Assembly: GCA_963923455.1 (NCBI GenBank)
Contig: CAWULT010000001.1
Span: forward strand, 65,677-129,676
DNA length: 64,000 nt
Direction: 5' to 3'
Source: an uncultured bacterium
GTDB taxonomy: Bacteria > Acidobacteriota > Vicinamibacteria > Vicinamibacterales > UBA2999
Made by a program: the position numbers and the translations under genes. The notes below the pieces were generated by a model. It saw only the letters and a program-made list of their open reading frames with translations, was not told the DNA's origin and did no database searches. Position 1 is the first letter of the stretch. Every line of letters begins with the position of its first letter. Below are positions 53,260 to 63,277 of this stretch, in pieces.

Positions 53260-54972
53260 ATGCGACGTCCCGCCTCCGGTGTCGTGCTCGCGCTCGTCGT
53301 GGCGGCCGCGGTCGGCTGCCGGGGCTCGTCACCGCAACCCGCTTCGCCGCCCGCCGCGGCCCCCGACCCCATGCTGCAGACCCTTCAGTCCATGACGGCG
53401 CGGTTCGCGCCGGTCGACCTGACGGCCGACGTCGCCGCGCTGCCGGCCGGCGAGCGTGTCGCGCTGACGAAGCTGATCCAGGCGGCGCAGGTCTTCGACG
53501 CGCTCTACCTGCGGCAGGTCTGGGCCGGCAACGACACGTGGCTCCAGGTGCTCGCGCGCGACGAGTCGCCGCTCGGCCGCGCGCGCCTCCACTACTTCCT
53601 GCTGAACAAGGGGCCGTGGTCGCGCCTCGATGCCAACGCGCCGTTCGTGCCCGGCGCGCCCGACAAGCCCGAGTCGGCCAATTTCTATCCGGCCGGCGCG
53701 ACGAAGGCGGAGGTCGAGGCGTGGCTGAAGACGCTGCCCGACGCCGAGCACCGGCGCGCGACCGGGTTCTTCACGACGATCCGGCGAGGCGTCGACGGGC
53801 GTTTCGTCGCGGTGCCGTACTCGGTCGAGTATCAGGCCGAGCTGGCGCGGGTGGCGGCGCTGCTGCGGGAGGCCGCCGCGGCGACCGCGCAGCCGACGCT
53901 GAAGCGGTACCTGGAGACGCGGGCGGCGGCGCTGGCGAGCAACGACTACTACGAGAGCGACGTCGCGTGGATGGAGCTCGACGCGTCGATCGAGCCGACG
54001 ATCGGCCCCTACGAGGTCTACGAGGACGAGTGGTTCAACTACAAGGCGGCGTTCGAGGCGTTCATCGCGCTGCGCGACGACGCCGAGACGCAGAAGCTGG
54101 CCCGCTTCAGCGGCGAACTGCAGGCGATCGAGGACAACCTGCCGATCGCGCCGCAGTACCGCAATCCGGCGCTCGGGTCGCTCGCGCCCATCCGGGTCGT
54201 CAACAGCGTGTTCTCGTCAGGCGAGGCGAACCGCGGGGTGCAGACGGCGGCCTTCAACCTGCCGAACGACGAGCGCGTCACGGCCGAGAGGGGCGCCAAG
54301 CGCGTGATGCTGAAGAACGTGCAGGAGGCGAAGTTCCGCCTGGTCCTGCAACCGATCGCGAAGGTGGCGCTGGCCTCGGCGGACGAGCCGAACGTCGTGT
54401 TCGATGCGTTCTTCACGCACATCCTGATGCACGAGCTGATGCACGGCCTCGGGCCCCACAACATCAACGTGGACGGCAGGGCGACGACCGTGCGTCAGTC
54501 GCTCAAGGAGACGTACAGCACCATCGAGGAGGCCAAGGCCGACGTCTCGGGCCTCTTCGCGCTGCAGTTCCTGGTCGACCGCGGCAAGCTGGACGCGGCG
54601 TTCGAGCGGACGATGTACACGACCTATCTGGCGTCGATGTTCCGGTCGATCCGCTTCGGCATCACGGAGGCCCACGGCCGCGGCGTGGCGATTCAGCTGA
54701 ACTACTTCCTGGACCACGGCGGCGTGCGCGTCGCCGCCGACGGCACTTTCGCCGTGGACCCGGCGCGAATTCGCCAGAACGTGGTCGACCTGACGCGCGA
54801 TCTGCTGACGATGGAGGCCGTCGGGGACCATGCGGCCGCGAAGGAGCTGATCCGGACACTGGCGGTCGTCCGGCCGCCGACCCAGGCCGTGCTCGACCGG
54901 TTGACCGGCGTACCCGTGGACATCGAGCCGCGGTACACGACGGCCTGGCAGCTGCTGGCCGCCGCCCAGTAG
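53260..54972 (+). CDS. Lipoprotein peptidase, M49/dipeptidyl-peptidase III-like (HExxH type)
   Basis: Lipobox AVGC; IGPYEVYED, AFNLPND, HELMHGLG, EEAKAD. Confidence 0.85.
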   Translation: MRRPASGVVLALVVAAAVGCRGSSPQPASPPAAAPDPMLQTLQSMTARFAPVDLTADVAALPAGERVALTKLIQAAQVFDALYLRQVWAGNDTWLQVLARDESPLGRARLHYFLLNKGPWSRLDANAPFVPGAPDKPESANFYPAGATKAEVEAWLKTLPDAEHRRATGFFTTIRRGVDGRFVAVPYSVEYQAELARVAALLREAAAATAQPTLKRYLETRAAALASNDYYESDVAWMELDASIEPTIGPYEVYEDEWFNYKAAFEAFIALRDDAETQKLARFSGELQAIEDNLPIAPQYRNPALGSLAPIRVVNSVFSSGEANRGVQTAAFNLPNDERVTAERGAKRVMLKNVQEAKFRLVLQPIAKVALASADEPNVVFDAFFTHILMHELMHGLGPHNINVDGRATTVRQSLKETYSTIEEAKADVSGLFALQFLVDRGKLDAAFERTMYTTYLASMFRSIRFGITEAHGRGVAIQLNYFLDHGGVRVAADGTFAVDPARIRQNVVDLTRDLLTMEAVGDHAAAKELIRTLAVVRPPTQAVLDRLTGVPVDIEPRYTTAWQLLAAAQ

Positions 54973-54990
54973 GGCCGGCGGGCCGGCCCT
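54971..54990 (+). terminator. GC-rich hairpin after the peptidase stop (no U-tract)
   Basis: AGGGCCGGC-GG-GCCGGCCCT. Confidence 0.4.
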
Positions 54991-55123
54991 GAGTCTTCTC
55001 AGCGAGCCGGGGCCTGGGGCTGGGCGCCGGCGGCCGAGCAGCAGGGCGGCAGCGCGGCGACGGGAATCGCGACGGGAACGCGCATGGCGCAGAGTATAAT
55101 TCGCCACCTTGCGGGGGGCGGGC

Positions 55124-55621
55124 GTGCGCATTCTCGCGGCGATCGCGATCGCCGTCGTCGCCGTGGGTGCGACGGTGCTCGCCCACGACATCCCGAACGA
55201 CGTCACCGTGCAGGCGTTCCTGCGCCCCGACGGGCGACGTCTGCGCTTCGTCGTGCGCGTGCCACTGTCGGCGATCCGCGACGTCCAGATCCCTAGGCGG
55301 GGCCCCGGCGACCTGGACCTTGCCCGCGCCGAGTCCGCCCGGCGTCACGGCGCCACCATCTGGACCGTCGAGGAGGCGTTCCTCGCGAAGCGCAGCCTGG
55401 GCGAGGGCGCAGTGTGGGACATCGCCTCTTCGAGGGACCCGGCCCAGACCCACGTCTTCCTGGCCGACGGCCGGAACATGAAGATCGACGTGCTGAAGCG
55501 CGGCACGCTCGAGGAACTCACGAGCGTCGGCGACGGCGGCCGCCGACGTTCGTCTATCGTGGCCTGCGCCCGGTGCCCTCGGCGGCGCGGGGCGTCGTCT
55601 GGCCGCGCCGGTAACGGGTGA
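55124..55621 (+). pseudogene. Chimeric remnant: HupE/UreJ-associated N-terminus fused to an NHL-repeat fragment
   Basis: AHDIPNDVTVQAFLRP...VRVPL switches near 55363 to EAFLAKRSLGEGAVWDIA...ADGRN...LTSVGDGGR, then decays into Arg-rich sequence. Confidence 0.6.
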
Positions 55622-55629
55622 GGAGACCA

Positions 55630-57675
55630 ATGATGAGCAGGCAGGGGCGTTGGACGTATCTGGGTGCGGCGGCAGTCGCCGTCGCGGCGGTGGCCGGGCT
55701 CATGGCGCAGACGCCGCCGCCCGGTGCGAGGCCCCCCGGCCGGACCCCGGCGCCCGTGGCGCCCCGGGTCACGGCGCCGGCGCCGAGGATCGGGGACTGG
55801 GTCACCTACGGGGCCGACCTGGCGAGCACCCGGTACGCGCCGCTCGACCAGATCACCGCGGGTAACTTCTCGAGGCTCGAGCTGGCGTGGCGCCTCAAGA
55901 CGGACAACCTCGGCCCGAAGCCGGAGTTCAACTTCCAGTCGACGCCGCTCAAGGTCGGCAATGTCGTCTACACGACGGCCGGCAGCCGCCGGGCCGTCGT
56001 CGCGCTCGACGCCGGCACCGGCGAGATGCTGTGGATGCACAGCGAGAACGAAGGCCCGCGCGCCGACGAGGCGCCCCGGCAGCTCTCCGGCCGGGGCCTG
56101 GCGTATTGGACCGACGGACGCGAGGAGCGCATCGTCTACGTCACGATCGGCTACCAGATGGTGGCGCTCGACGCGAAGACAGGGCGTCGCGTCCCGGCGT
56201 TCGGCCGGGGCGGCGTCGTCGACCTGAAGCTCGAGGACGACCAGGACATGGACCCGGTGCAGGGCGACATCGGCCTGCACGCCGCGCCGGTCATCGCCAA
56301 GGACGTCGTGATCATCGGTGCCGCCCACACCGAAGGCAGCCGTCCCGTCAGCCGTCGCAACGACAAGGGCTACGTGCGCGGCTACGACGTCCGTACGGGC
56401 AAGCGGCTGTGGATCTTCCACACGATTCCGCGCCCCGGCGAGTACGGCTACGACACCTGGCAGACGGGGTCGGAGGAATACACGGGCAACACCGGTGTCT
56501 GGGCGCAGATGAGCGTCGACCCGGACCTGAACCTCGTCTACCTGCCCGTCGAGATGCCGACAGGCGACTACTACGGCGGGCACCGGCCCGGCGCCGGCCT
56601 GTACGGCGAGAGCCTGGTCGCCGTCGATCTGCGCACCGGCAAGCGCAAGTGGCACCAGCAGTTCATCAAGCACGGCATCTGGGACTGGGACCTCCCGTGC
56701 GCGCCAATCCTCGCCGACGTGAACATCGACGGCCGGCTGCGCAAGGTGGCCGCGCAGCCCACGAAGCAGGGGTGGCTCTATGTGTTCGACCGGGCCACGG
56801 GCGAGCCGATCTGGCCGTTCGAGGAGCGCGCGGTCGAGCAGTCGACCGTCCCGATGGAGCGGTCGCACCCGACGCAGACGTTCGTCGTCAAGCCGCCCCC
56901 GTTCGAGCGCCAGGGCGTGGCAATCGACGACCTGATCGACTTCACGCCGGAGCTGCGGGCGGAAGCGGTACGGCTCGCGTCACGCTTCAAGCTCGGGCCG
57001 ATCTTCACGCCGCCGGTGGTCAGCCGATGGGAGGGGCCGCTCGGGACGCTGATGCTGCCCAACGCGACCGGCGGCGCGAACTGGCAGGGCGGCTCCTACG
57101 ACCCGGAGACGGGCGTCTTCTACATCTTCACGAACACGCAGGTCTCTGCGCTCGGCCTGGTGCCGGGTGGCGAGCGGTCCGACATGGCGTACGTCTCCGG
57201 GCAGGCGCCGAATCCCGAGAACCCGAAGGCGCCGCCAGTGGGGCTCACCGTCCAAGGGCTGCCGATCATCAAGCCGCCATACGGCCGGATCACGGCCATC
57301 GACCTGAAGAAGGGCGAGCTGCTGTGGCAGACGGCCCACGGTGAGACGCCCGACAACATCCGCAACCATCCCGCGCTCAAGGGCGTGACGATTCCGCGGA
57401 CGGGCCGGCAGGGCCGGATCGGGACGCTGGTGACGAAGACGCTGCTGGTGGCCGGCGAGGGCGGCACCTTCACCCTGCCGGACGGCCGTCGTGGGGCCAT
57501 GCTGCGGGCGTACGAGAAGGGCACCGGCAGGGAAGTCGGGTCCGTCTACATGCCTGCGCCGCAGACGGGCTCGCCGATGACGTACATGCATGACGGACGG
57601 CAGTACATCGTCGTCGCCGTCAGCGCCCCGAACTACCCCGGCGAGCTTCTGGCGTTCCGGCTTCCAGCTGAGTGA
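55630..57675 (+). CDS. PQQ-dependent (quinoprotein glucose dehydrogenase-like) dehydrogenase
   Basis: RYAPLDQIT, QSTPL, GRGLAYW, HGIWDWDLP, GGANWQG, PMTY..DGRQYIVV; AGGAGA RBS. Confidence 0.92.
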   Translation: MMSRQGRWTYLGAAAVAVAAVAGLMAQTPPPGARPPGRTPAPVAPRVTAPAPRIGDWVTYGADLASTRYAPLDQITAGNFSRLELAWRLKTDNLGPKPEFNFQSTPLKVGNVVYTTAGSRRAVVALDAGTGEMLWMHSENEGPRADEAPRQLSGRGLAYWTDGREERIVYVTIGYQMVALDAKTGRRVPAFGRGGVVDLKLEDDQDMDPVQGDIGLHAAPVIAKDVVIIGAAHTEGSRPVSRRNDKGYVRGYDVRTGKRLWIFHTIPRPGEYGYDTWQTGSEEYTGNTGVWAQMSVDPDLNLVYLPVEMPTGDYYGGHRPGAGLYGESLVAVDLRTGKRKWHQQFIKHGIWDWDLPCAPILADVNIDGRLRKVAAQPTKQGWLYVFDRATGEPIWPFEERAVEQSTVPMERSHPTQTFVVKPPPFERQGVAIDDLIDFTPELRAEAVRLASRFKLGPIFTPPVVSRWEGPLGTLMLPNATGGANWQGGSYDPETGVFYIFTNTQVSALGLVPGGERSDMAYVSGQAPNPENPKAPPVGLTVQGLPIIKPPYGRITAIDLKKGELLWQTAHGETPDNIRNHPALKGVTIPRTGRQGRIGTLVTKTLLVAGEGGTFTLPDGRRGAMLRAYEKGTGREVGSVYMPAPQTGSPMTYMHDGRQYIVVAVSAPNYPGELLAFRLPAE

Positions 57676-57688
57676 TCATGCCGGGGAG

Positions 57689-57711
57689 GGGCCCCGCGCG
57701 CGGCGGGGCCC
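57689..57711 (+). terminator. GC-rich hairpin after the PQQ dehydrogenase
   Basis: GGGCCCCGC-N5-GCGGGGCCC; no U-tract. Confidence 0.4.
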
Positions 57712-57730
57712 AGGCGAACGGTGGGGGCAG

Positions 57731-59512
57731 ATGAGGGGATACGTGATGAGGCTGGTGCTCGTGCTGCTGCTGGCTCCGGTGGTGCTGGGGGCCCAGGTTG
57801 GTCCGCAGCGCTTCTCCGGCCCGTCGTCGCAGGCGCTGTACCAGCTCTTCAATGACTATTGGGAGTGGCGGCTGGCCGAGGAGCCCGAACTGGCCACGCA
57901 GGTGGGCCGGGCGGAGCACAACGGCCGATGGACCGACTGGTCGAGGGCGGCGCGGGAGCGCCGGCGGGCGGCCCGCGAGGAATATCTGCAGCGCACCATG
58001 TTCCTGTCGCCGGGAACGCTGACCCCGGCAGATCAACTGAGCGCGCTGATGCTCGAGTACGAGCTGCACCGCCGGCTCGAGGCCCAGCCGGCGCTCGACC
58101 TCGTCCAGCGGGTGTCGCAGGCCGATGGCCTGCAGAATCAGGTCTTTTCGGTCATCGACCAGATGCCGGCGGGCAGCGTCAGGGACTACGAGAACATCAT
58201 CGCGCGCCTCGAGGCGCTGCCGGTCTATGTCGAGCAGCACATCGCGCTGATGCAGGAGCAGCTGGCCGCGGCCCAGGCGCAGCCGGCGGTCGTGGTCGAC
58301 CTGATGCTCGAACAGGTGCGCGCCCAGAGCCAGCCGGTGGCCTCGGCGTCGCCGCTGCTGGCGGCGTTCCGCCGGTTCCCGCCGGCGCTGCCGGCCGCAG
58401 AGCAGACGCGGCTGCGCCGGCGTGCCTATCAGGCCTACGACCGCCAGTTCGTACCCAGCTGGAGGCGCCTCGAGGCGTTCCTGCGCGACACCTACCGGCC
58501 GAAGGCGCGCCCGGCCATCGGGGTGCAGTCGCTGCCCGACGGCGCCAGCTCCTACGACGCGCTGCGCCGCTACTACACGACCACGCGCCAGGGCGCGGAC
58601 GAGGTGCACGAGCTCGGCTTGCGGGAGGTGGCGCGGATCGAGGGGGAGATGGCGAAGGCCGCCCGCGAGGCGGGCTTCCCGGGTACGCCGGCCGAGTACG
58701 AACGACAGCTCGCCTCGCAGCCGGGGATGCGGTTCTCGAGCCAGGCCGAGATGCTGACGTACGCGCGCGACGTGCTGGCTCGCGTGCAGCCCGTGCTGAG
58801 CCAGCTCTTCGTGCGGGTGCCGCGGACGGCCATCGGCGTCCGGCCGATCCCGGCGGACCGGGACGCGGCGACCGCGTCGAACTACACGGCCGGCACGGCC
58901 GACGGCAGCAGGCAGGCCTGGTTCAACATGAACACCTACCAGCCCGCGGAGCAGGTGAAGTACCGCACCGAGGCACTCGTGCTGCACGAGAGCGTCCCGG
59001 GGCATCACCTGCAGGTCGGGCTGGCCCGGGAGATGGCTGGCGTGCCCGACTTCCGTCGGGTGTTCACCGCGCCCGCGTTCACGGAGGGCTGGGCGCTCTA
59101 CGCCGAGTCGCTCGGACCGGCGCTTGGAGTCGTCTACCGCGACCCCGCCACGCGGTTCGGCCAGCTCGCCAGCGAACAGTTCAGGGCCGTGCGGCTGGTC
59201 GTCGACACCGGCATTCACGCCAAGGGGTGGTCTCGCGAGCAGGCCCGCGAGTATTTCGGACGGCACGTACCCAGCCAGTCGATCGCGGAGGTGGACCGCT
59301 ACATCGCCCGGCCCGGCCAGGCATTGGCCTACAAGCTGGGAGAACTGCGGATCATGGCACTCCGCGCCAGGGCCGAGCGGGCGCTCGGGTCACGGTTCGA
59401 CATCCGGCAGTTCCACGACGTCGTGCTGCGCAACGGCACCCTGCCGCTCGAGATGCTCGAGGAGCAGGTCGACGCCTGGTTGACCGAGTCGGCGGCCGCG
59501 CGCACGAACTGA
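57731..59512 (+). CDS. DUF885 family putative metallopeptidase
   Basis: LHESVPGHHLQ, EGWALYAE, RLVVDTGIH, EVDRY..PGQALAYKLG. Confidence 0.92.
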   Translation: MRGYVMRLVLVLLLAPVVLGAQVGPQRFSGPSSQALYQLFNDYWEWRLAEEPELATQVGRAEHNGRWTDWSRAARERRRAAREEYLQRTMFLSPGTLTPADQLSALMLEYELHRRLEAQPALDLVQRVSQADGLQNQVFSVIDQMPAGSVRDYENIIARLEALPVYVEQHIALMQEQLAAAQAQPAVVVDLMLEQVRAQSQPVASASPLLAAFRRFPPALPAAEQTRLRRRAYQAYDRQFVPSWRRLEAFLRDTYRPKARPAIGVQSLPDGASSYDALRRYYTTTRQGADEVHELGLREVARIEGEMAKAAREAGFPGTPAEYERQLASQPGMRFSSQAEMLTYARDVLARVQPVLSQLFVRVPRTAIGVRPIPADRDAATASNYTAGTADGSRQAWFNMNTYQPAEQVKYRTEALVLHESVPGHHLQVGLAREMAGVPDFRRVFTAPAFTEGWALYAESLGPALGVVYRDPATRFGQLASEQFRAVRLVVDTGIHAKGWSREQAREYFGRHVPSQSIAEVDRYIARPGQALAYKLGELRIMALRARAERALGSRFDIRQFHDVVLRNGTLPLEMLEEQVDAWLTESAAARTN

Positions 59513-59744
59513 GGCGCTGGGTCCTGGTGCCCCCAGGGTTGGCGATACCGAAATACGGGATTTGAATGTATCCTCGGGCGGTTTGTGGCCGCGCGGCATG
59601 CGTCGCGGCGTCCGCCCGGGTGCCGCCAGGGTACCAGGGGCGCCTGACGAAGAATTCAGGAACTCTTCAGGCGCGATTTCCGGGGGCCTGGGCTACTATC
59701 GTGCCAAGAACGTTCGGTTCTGTGTTGGGGGGAGGAACCTGACT

Positions 59745-60143
59745 ATGAAGCGTTATCTGGTGTTTCTGCTCGTTGCGACGGCGGCTCTCGTCGGCGCCCG
59801 TGCCTACGCGCATCACTCCTTCGCCGCGACGTATCTGGAAGACCAGAACGTCACCATCGAAGGTGAACTGGTGCAGTTCCTGTTTCGGAACCCGCACTCC
59901 TTCGTGCACGTGATGGTGAAGGAGAAGGATGGTTCGATGGTCCGCTATGCCGTGGAGTGGGGCGGCGCCGGTCAGCTCGGCGGTCAGGGTGTCACCAGAG
60001 AGACCCTGAAGCCCGGCGACCACGTGGTCATCAGTGGCAGCCCCGGCCGTAACCCGGCTGACCACCGCGTCCGCATGGTGACCCTGCACCGTCCGAAGGA
60101 TGGCTTCGGCTGGGGCAAGCGGCCCGGCGAGACCGTCGACTAA
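59745..60143 (+). CDS. DUF6152 family exported protein
   Basis: Signal + AHHSFAATY, FRNPHS, LKPGD; GGAGGA RBS. Confidence 0.82.
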   Translation: MKRYLVFLLVATAALVGARAYAHHSFAATYLEDQNVTIEGELVQFLFRNPHSFVHVMVKEKDGSMVRYAVEWGGAGQLGGQGVTRETLKPGDHVVISGSPGRNPADHRVRMVTLHRPKDGFGWGKRPGETVD

Positions 60144-60168
60144 CAGTCCGACGGCAGGATTCGACGCT

Positions 60169-60205
60169 CGAGGGGCGGTTGCGCGGCATGCGCAACCGCC
60201 CCTCG
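60169..60205. terminator. Perfect 16-bp hairpin between convergent genes (likely bidirectional terminator)
   Basis: CGAGGGGCGGTTGCGC-GGCAT-GCGCAACCGCCCCTCG. Confidence 0.7.
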
Positions 60206-60266
60206 TCGTTTCCGGAGCCATCGGCGGCGCCGACGGCAGTCACCAGGACGTGGGCCTTTCGTCCCG

Positions 60267-61019
60267 TCAGTCGGGCGTCTGGGGCTGTCGCCGGGCTCCG
60301 AGCCCCAGGGGCATCGACGGCAGGGCGGCTGCGGGACGCTCGCGATAGGTGCCGAACAGGCGATCCCAGCAGGCCAGGCAGAAGCCGAAGTTGCTGTCCT
60401 GCTCTTCACGCCGCGTGGAGTGGTGGACGCGGTGCATGTCGGGCGTGACGACCCACGCCCGCAGCCACCTGTCCGCCGGAACCCGGACGTTGGCGTGGGA
60501 GAACAGCGACCCGAGCGTCAGCAGCAGCTCGAACGTCAGGGCCGCGCCGGGGGAGGCGCCGAGCAGCAGCAACGCGCCGGCCCGATAGGCAGTCGAGCCG
60601 GCGATCTCCGCGGGGTTGAATCGGAGGGCCGTCGAGACGTCGATTTCGTCGTCCGCGTGGTGGAGGCGGTGCAGCGGCCACAGCCAGCGCGCGCGGTGCA
60701 GCGCCCAGTGCTGGACCCACACGGCCAGGTCGAGCAGGACGACGGCCACGCTCCAGGCCAGCCAGGCTGGCAGGGCCAGGTGCGGCAGCACACCCCAGGC
60801 GTGCGCGGTACCCCAAGCAGCGGCCGACACCCCGGCGGCAGGGGCGATCAGCCTGACCAGTCCGGCGTTGAGGGCGCCCAGCCCGAGGTTGGCCGGCCAA
60901 CGGCGCAACCGCTGGGGATGTGCGCGCCGCGGCCACCCGACCTCCCACAGTGCCAGGCCCGCAAAGGCCGCTGCCGCGAGGAGCACGCGAGACGTGTGGC
61001 TGAAGATGGCGTCGGGCAT
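60267..61019 (-). CDS. Sterol desaturase / fatty acid hydroxylase family protein
   Basis: His boxes HWALH, HRLHH, FSHAN, HRVHH; NFGFCL..WDRLFGT. Confidence 0.9.
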   Translation of the reverse strand: MPDAIFSHTSRVLLAAAAFAGLALWEVGWPRRAHPQRLRRWPANLGLGALNAGLVRLIAPAAGVSAAAWGTAHAWGVLPHLALPAWLAWSVAVVLLDLAVWVQHWALHRARWLWPLHRLHHADDEIDVSTALRFNPAEIAGSTAYRAGALLLLGASPGAALTFELLLTLGSLFSHANVRVPADRWLRAWVVTPDMHRVHHSTRREEQDSNFGFCLACWDRLFGTYRERPAAALPSMPLGLGARRQPQTPD

Positions 61020-61139
61020 GCCGTTCGACGGAGTTGCGGGACTCTGCGAGGCCGGCGGACGCGGTCTCGAGCAGCCCCCCGGGTTTATACTATGCCGCCG
61101 CGGCGCCCCTGGGCGGCGTGGACAGGAGATGAGCCCCCG

Positions 61140-61898
61140 ATGTCCGTGTCGCAACGTCTCGTCGTCGTGGCCACCGTCGTCTGGACGTGCGTGTTCGCGT
61201 GGGCAGCCGCGCCGGTGGCGCGCGCGCAAGGCGGTTCCCCGCGGATCTGGCAGGGCGTCTACTCGGAGGCGCAGGCCGCGCGCGGCAAGGACGGCTACAC
61301 CGCCGTGTGCCTGCGGTGCCACGCTCCAGACCTGGCCGGTGTGACGGCGCCGGCGCTCAAGGGCGACCGCTTCATGCAGTCGTTCGGTGGCGAGCCGCTC
61401 GACCGGCTCTTCCTGAAGGTGCGGGACACCATGCCGCCGAGCTTTGGCACCGTCATCGACGAACAGGCGAAGCTCGACATCGTCAGCTACATCCTGCAGC
61501 AGAACGGCTTTCCGGCCGGGCCCGAGCCGCTGAAGGTCGCGAGCTCCGATCTGGCGACCGCACAGATCCTGCGGCAGGGTGAGCAGGCGGTCGTGCAGAA
61601 CTTCTCGCTCGTACAGGCCGTGGGCTGCCTGAGTCGCGGAGCCAATGGGGCGTGGATGCTGCGGAATGCGGCCGACCCGGTGGTGACGAAGGAGGAGGTG
61701 GCTGCAGCGGGCGCACTGTCGGCGGCCGGCACCCAGCGCCTCGGCGGGCGCAGCTACCGGCTGCTCAGCGCGCAGCCATTCAATCCGCAGCAGTGGGAAG
61801 GCCGGAAGGTGGAGGCACGCGGGCTGGTCTACAACGACCCGGCGGATCCGCGCCTGACGCTGACGTCGCTCGCCGGCGTGGCCGGCGCCTGCAGCTGA
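61140..61898 (+). CDS. Monoheme cytochrome c with C-terminal beta domain
   Basis: Signal peptide; GVYSEAQAARG, CLRCH, TMPP, YILQQNGFPAG. Confidence 0.87.
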   Translation: MSVSQRLVVVATVVWTCVFAWAAAPVARAQGGSPRIWQGVYSEAQAARGKDGYTAVCLRCHAPDLAGVTAPALKGDRFMQSFGGEPLDRLFLKVRDTMPPSFGTVIDEQAKLDIVSYILQQNGFPAGPEPLKVASSDLATAQILRQGEQAVVQNFSLVQAVGCLSRGANGAWMLRNAADPVVTKEEVAAAGALSAAGTQRLGGRSYRLLSAQPFNPQQWEGRKVEARGLVYNDPADPRLTLTSLAGVAGACS

Positions 61899-61980
61899 CG
61901 CAGGCTCGACCTCCCGCGGGGGACACGCCGGCCCGTGCGGCTCGTGCGGGGGCGCCGGATCACGGTCGGCCCCGCCCCGG

Positions 61981-62214
61981 TCAGTTCATCGAGCAGGCGC
62001 CCGGGCCGCGCGGATCCCCACACGCGCCGCAGGCGCCGCCCGTCGGAATCTCGGAGACGAACGACCCGCCCGCCGTCGTGCGGGCGGCGAAGGTCGACTG
62101 CCGGCGTTCGAGCGACGTGCCGTGGCACGACGGGCATGCGGGCGTCGTCTGTTCGCGGACCAGCGCCTCGAACTGGTGCGCGCACTCCTGACAGGCGTAT
62201 TCGAACAACGGCAT
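61981..62214 (-). CDS. FmdB-family zinc ribbon protein
   Basis: MPLFEYACQECAHQFE...CPSC; GAGGAG RBS; -10 TACAAT upstream. Confidence 0.9.
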   Translation of the reverse strand: MPLFEYACQECAHQFEALVREQTTPACPSCHGTSLERRQSTFAARTTAGGSFVSEIPTGGACGACGDPRGPGACSMN

Positions 62215-62259
62215 GACTCGGCTCTCCTCGCAGGAAATTGTACCAAACGGGGAGGGGGC

Positions 62260-63213
62260 TCAGGGGCGAGCCTGCGAGGCGGCGACCACGGCCAGCGGAT
62301 CCACGCGCGCGCCGAGGAGGCGCACGGCCCAGTGCAGGTGCGGACCCGTGACCCGTCCGGTGGCGCCCAACTGCCCGAGCATCTGGCCGAGGGCCACCGT
62401 GTCGCCCGGACGCACGTCGATGCGTGACAGGTGCGCGAACAGCGAATAGAGACCGGCACCGTGATCGACGACCACGGTGTTGCCAGTGAAGTACAGCTCC
62501 TCCGCCAGGACGACGGTGCCGGCGTTGGGCGCCGTGATGGGCGTGCCCTCCAGGCCGGGGAAGTCCGCGCCGGCGTGGGGGTTCCGGGCTTGGCCGTTGA
62601 ACACGCTCCGCAGCCCGAAGCTGCTCGTGGGGCGGCCCGGCGCCGGCAGCGCGAAGGCACCACGCCAGTGCCGGGGCGACGTGGACGAGAAGATGGCCGT
62701 CAGCCGTGCGGCCTCGCCGGTGATGCGGGCCAGTTCCGATGCGGGCGGTTCGACGAAGCGGGGGGCGACCCTGAGCCGCCGGGTTGGATACCGTGTCGCC
62801 AGCACGCGGATCGGGCGCGAGACCGTCTCCTCCAGGCCCGCGGCGGTGACGGTCGTGACCGCGACCGGGTACGTGCCGGGGCGGACATCGAGGTCGACGC
62901 CGAGCAGCGCCTCCCAGGTCCCGGGTTCGTCCGCCGGCGAGAGGGCCACGCTGGTGCCGAGGAACGCGGCCGTCGCCCGGACGAGCGCCTGGGGTGCCTG
63001 CAGGCGCGCCGTGACGACCCCGCCGAGCCGCACGCCGGCGGCACGCGGCAGGAGGTCCAGGCTGGGCGACGACGCGGAGGACGCGGACCGTGACGGCGGT
63101 GGCGGGGAGGCCGGCGGTGGGGCCGGCACGTCGCGCCCGGGCCGCCCGTCCTGCGCGGCTGGCCCGGACGCAGCGGCGAGCGCGACACACAGCAGCACGA
63201 GCCGGATGGCCAT
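62260..63213 (-). CDS. M23 metallopeptidase (Zn ligands intact)
   Basis: PHAGADF, FAHL, TGPHLHW; signal peptide. Confidence 0.9.
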   Translation of the reverse strand: MAIRLVLLCVALAAASGPAAQDGRPGRDVPAPPPASPPPPSRSASSASSPSLDLLPRAAGVRLGGVVTARLQAPQALVRATAAFLGTSVALSPADEPGTWEALLGVDLDVRPGTYPVAVTTVTAAGLEETVSRPIRVLATRYPTRRLRVAPRFVEPPASELARITGEAARLTAIFSSTSPRHWRGAFALPAPGRPTSSFGLRSVFNGQARNPHAGADFPGLEGTPITAPNAGTVVLAEELYFTGNTVVVDHGAGLYSLFAHLSRIDVRPGDTVALGQMLGQLGATGRVTGPHLHWAVRLLGARVDPLAVVAASQARP

Positions 63214-63277
63214 TGCGATCGTCAGTGTAGCGGCGGGCCGCCGCCGGCGCCAGCGGGACACCAGCTATACTGGGAAG

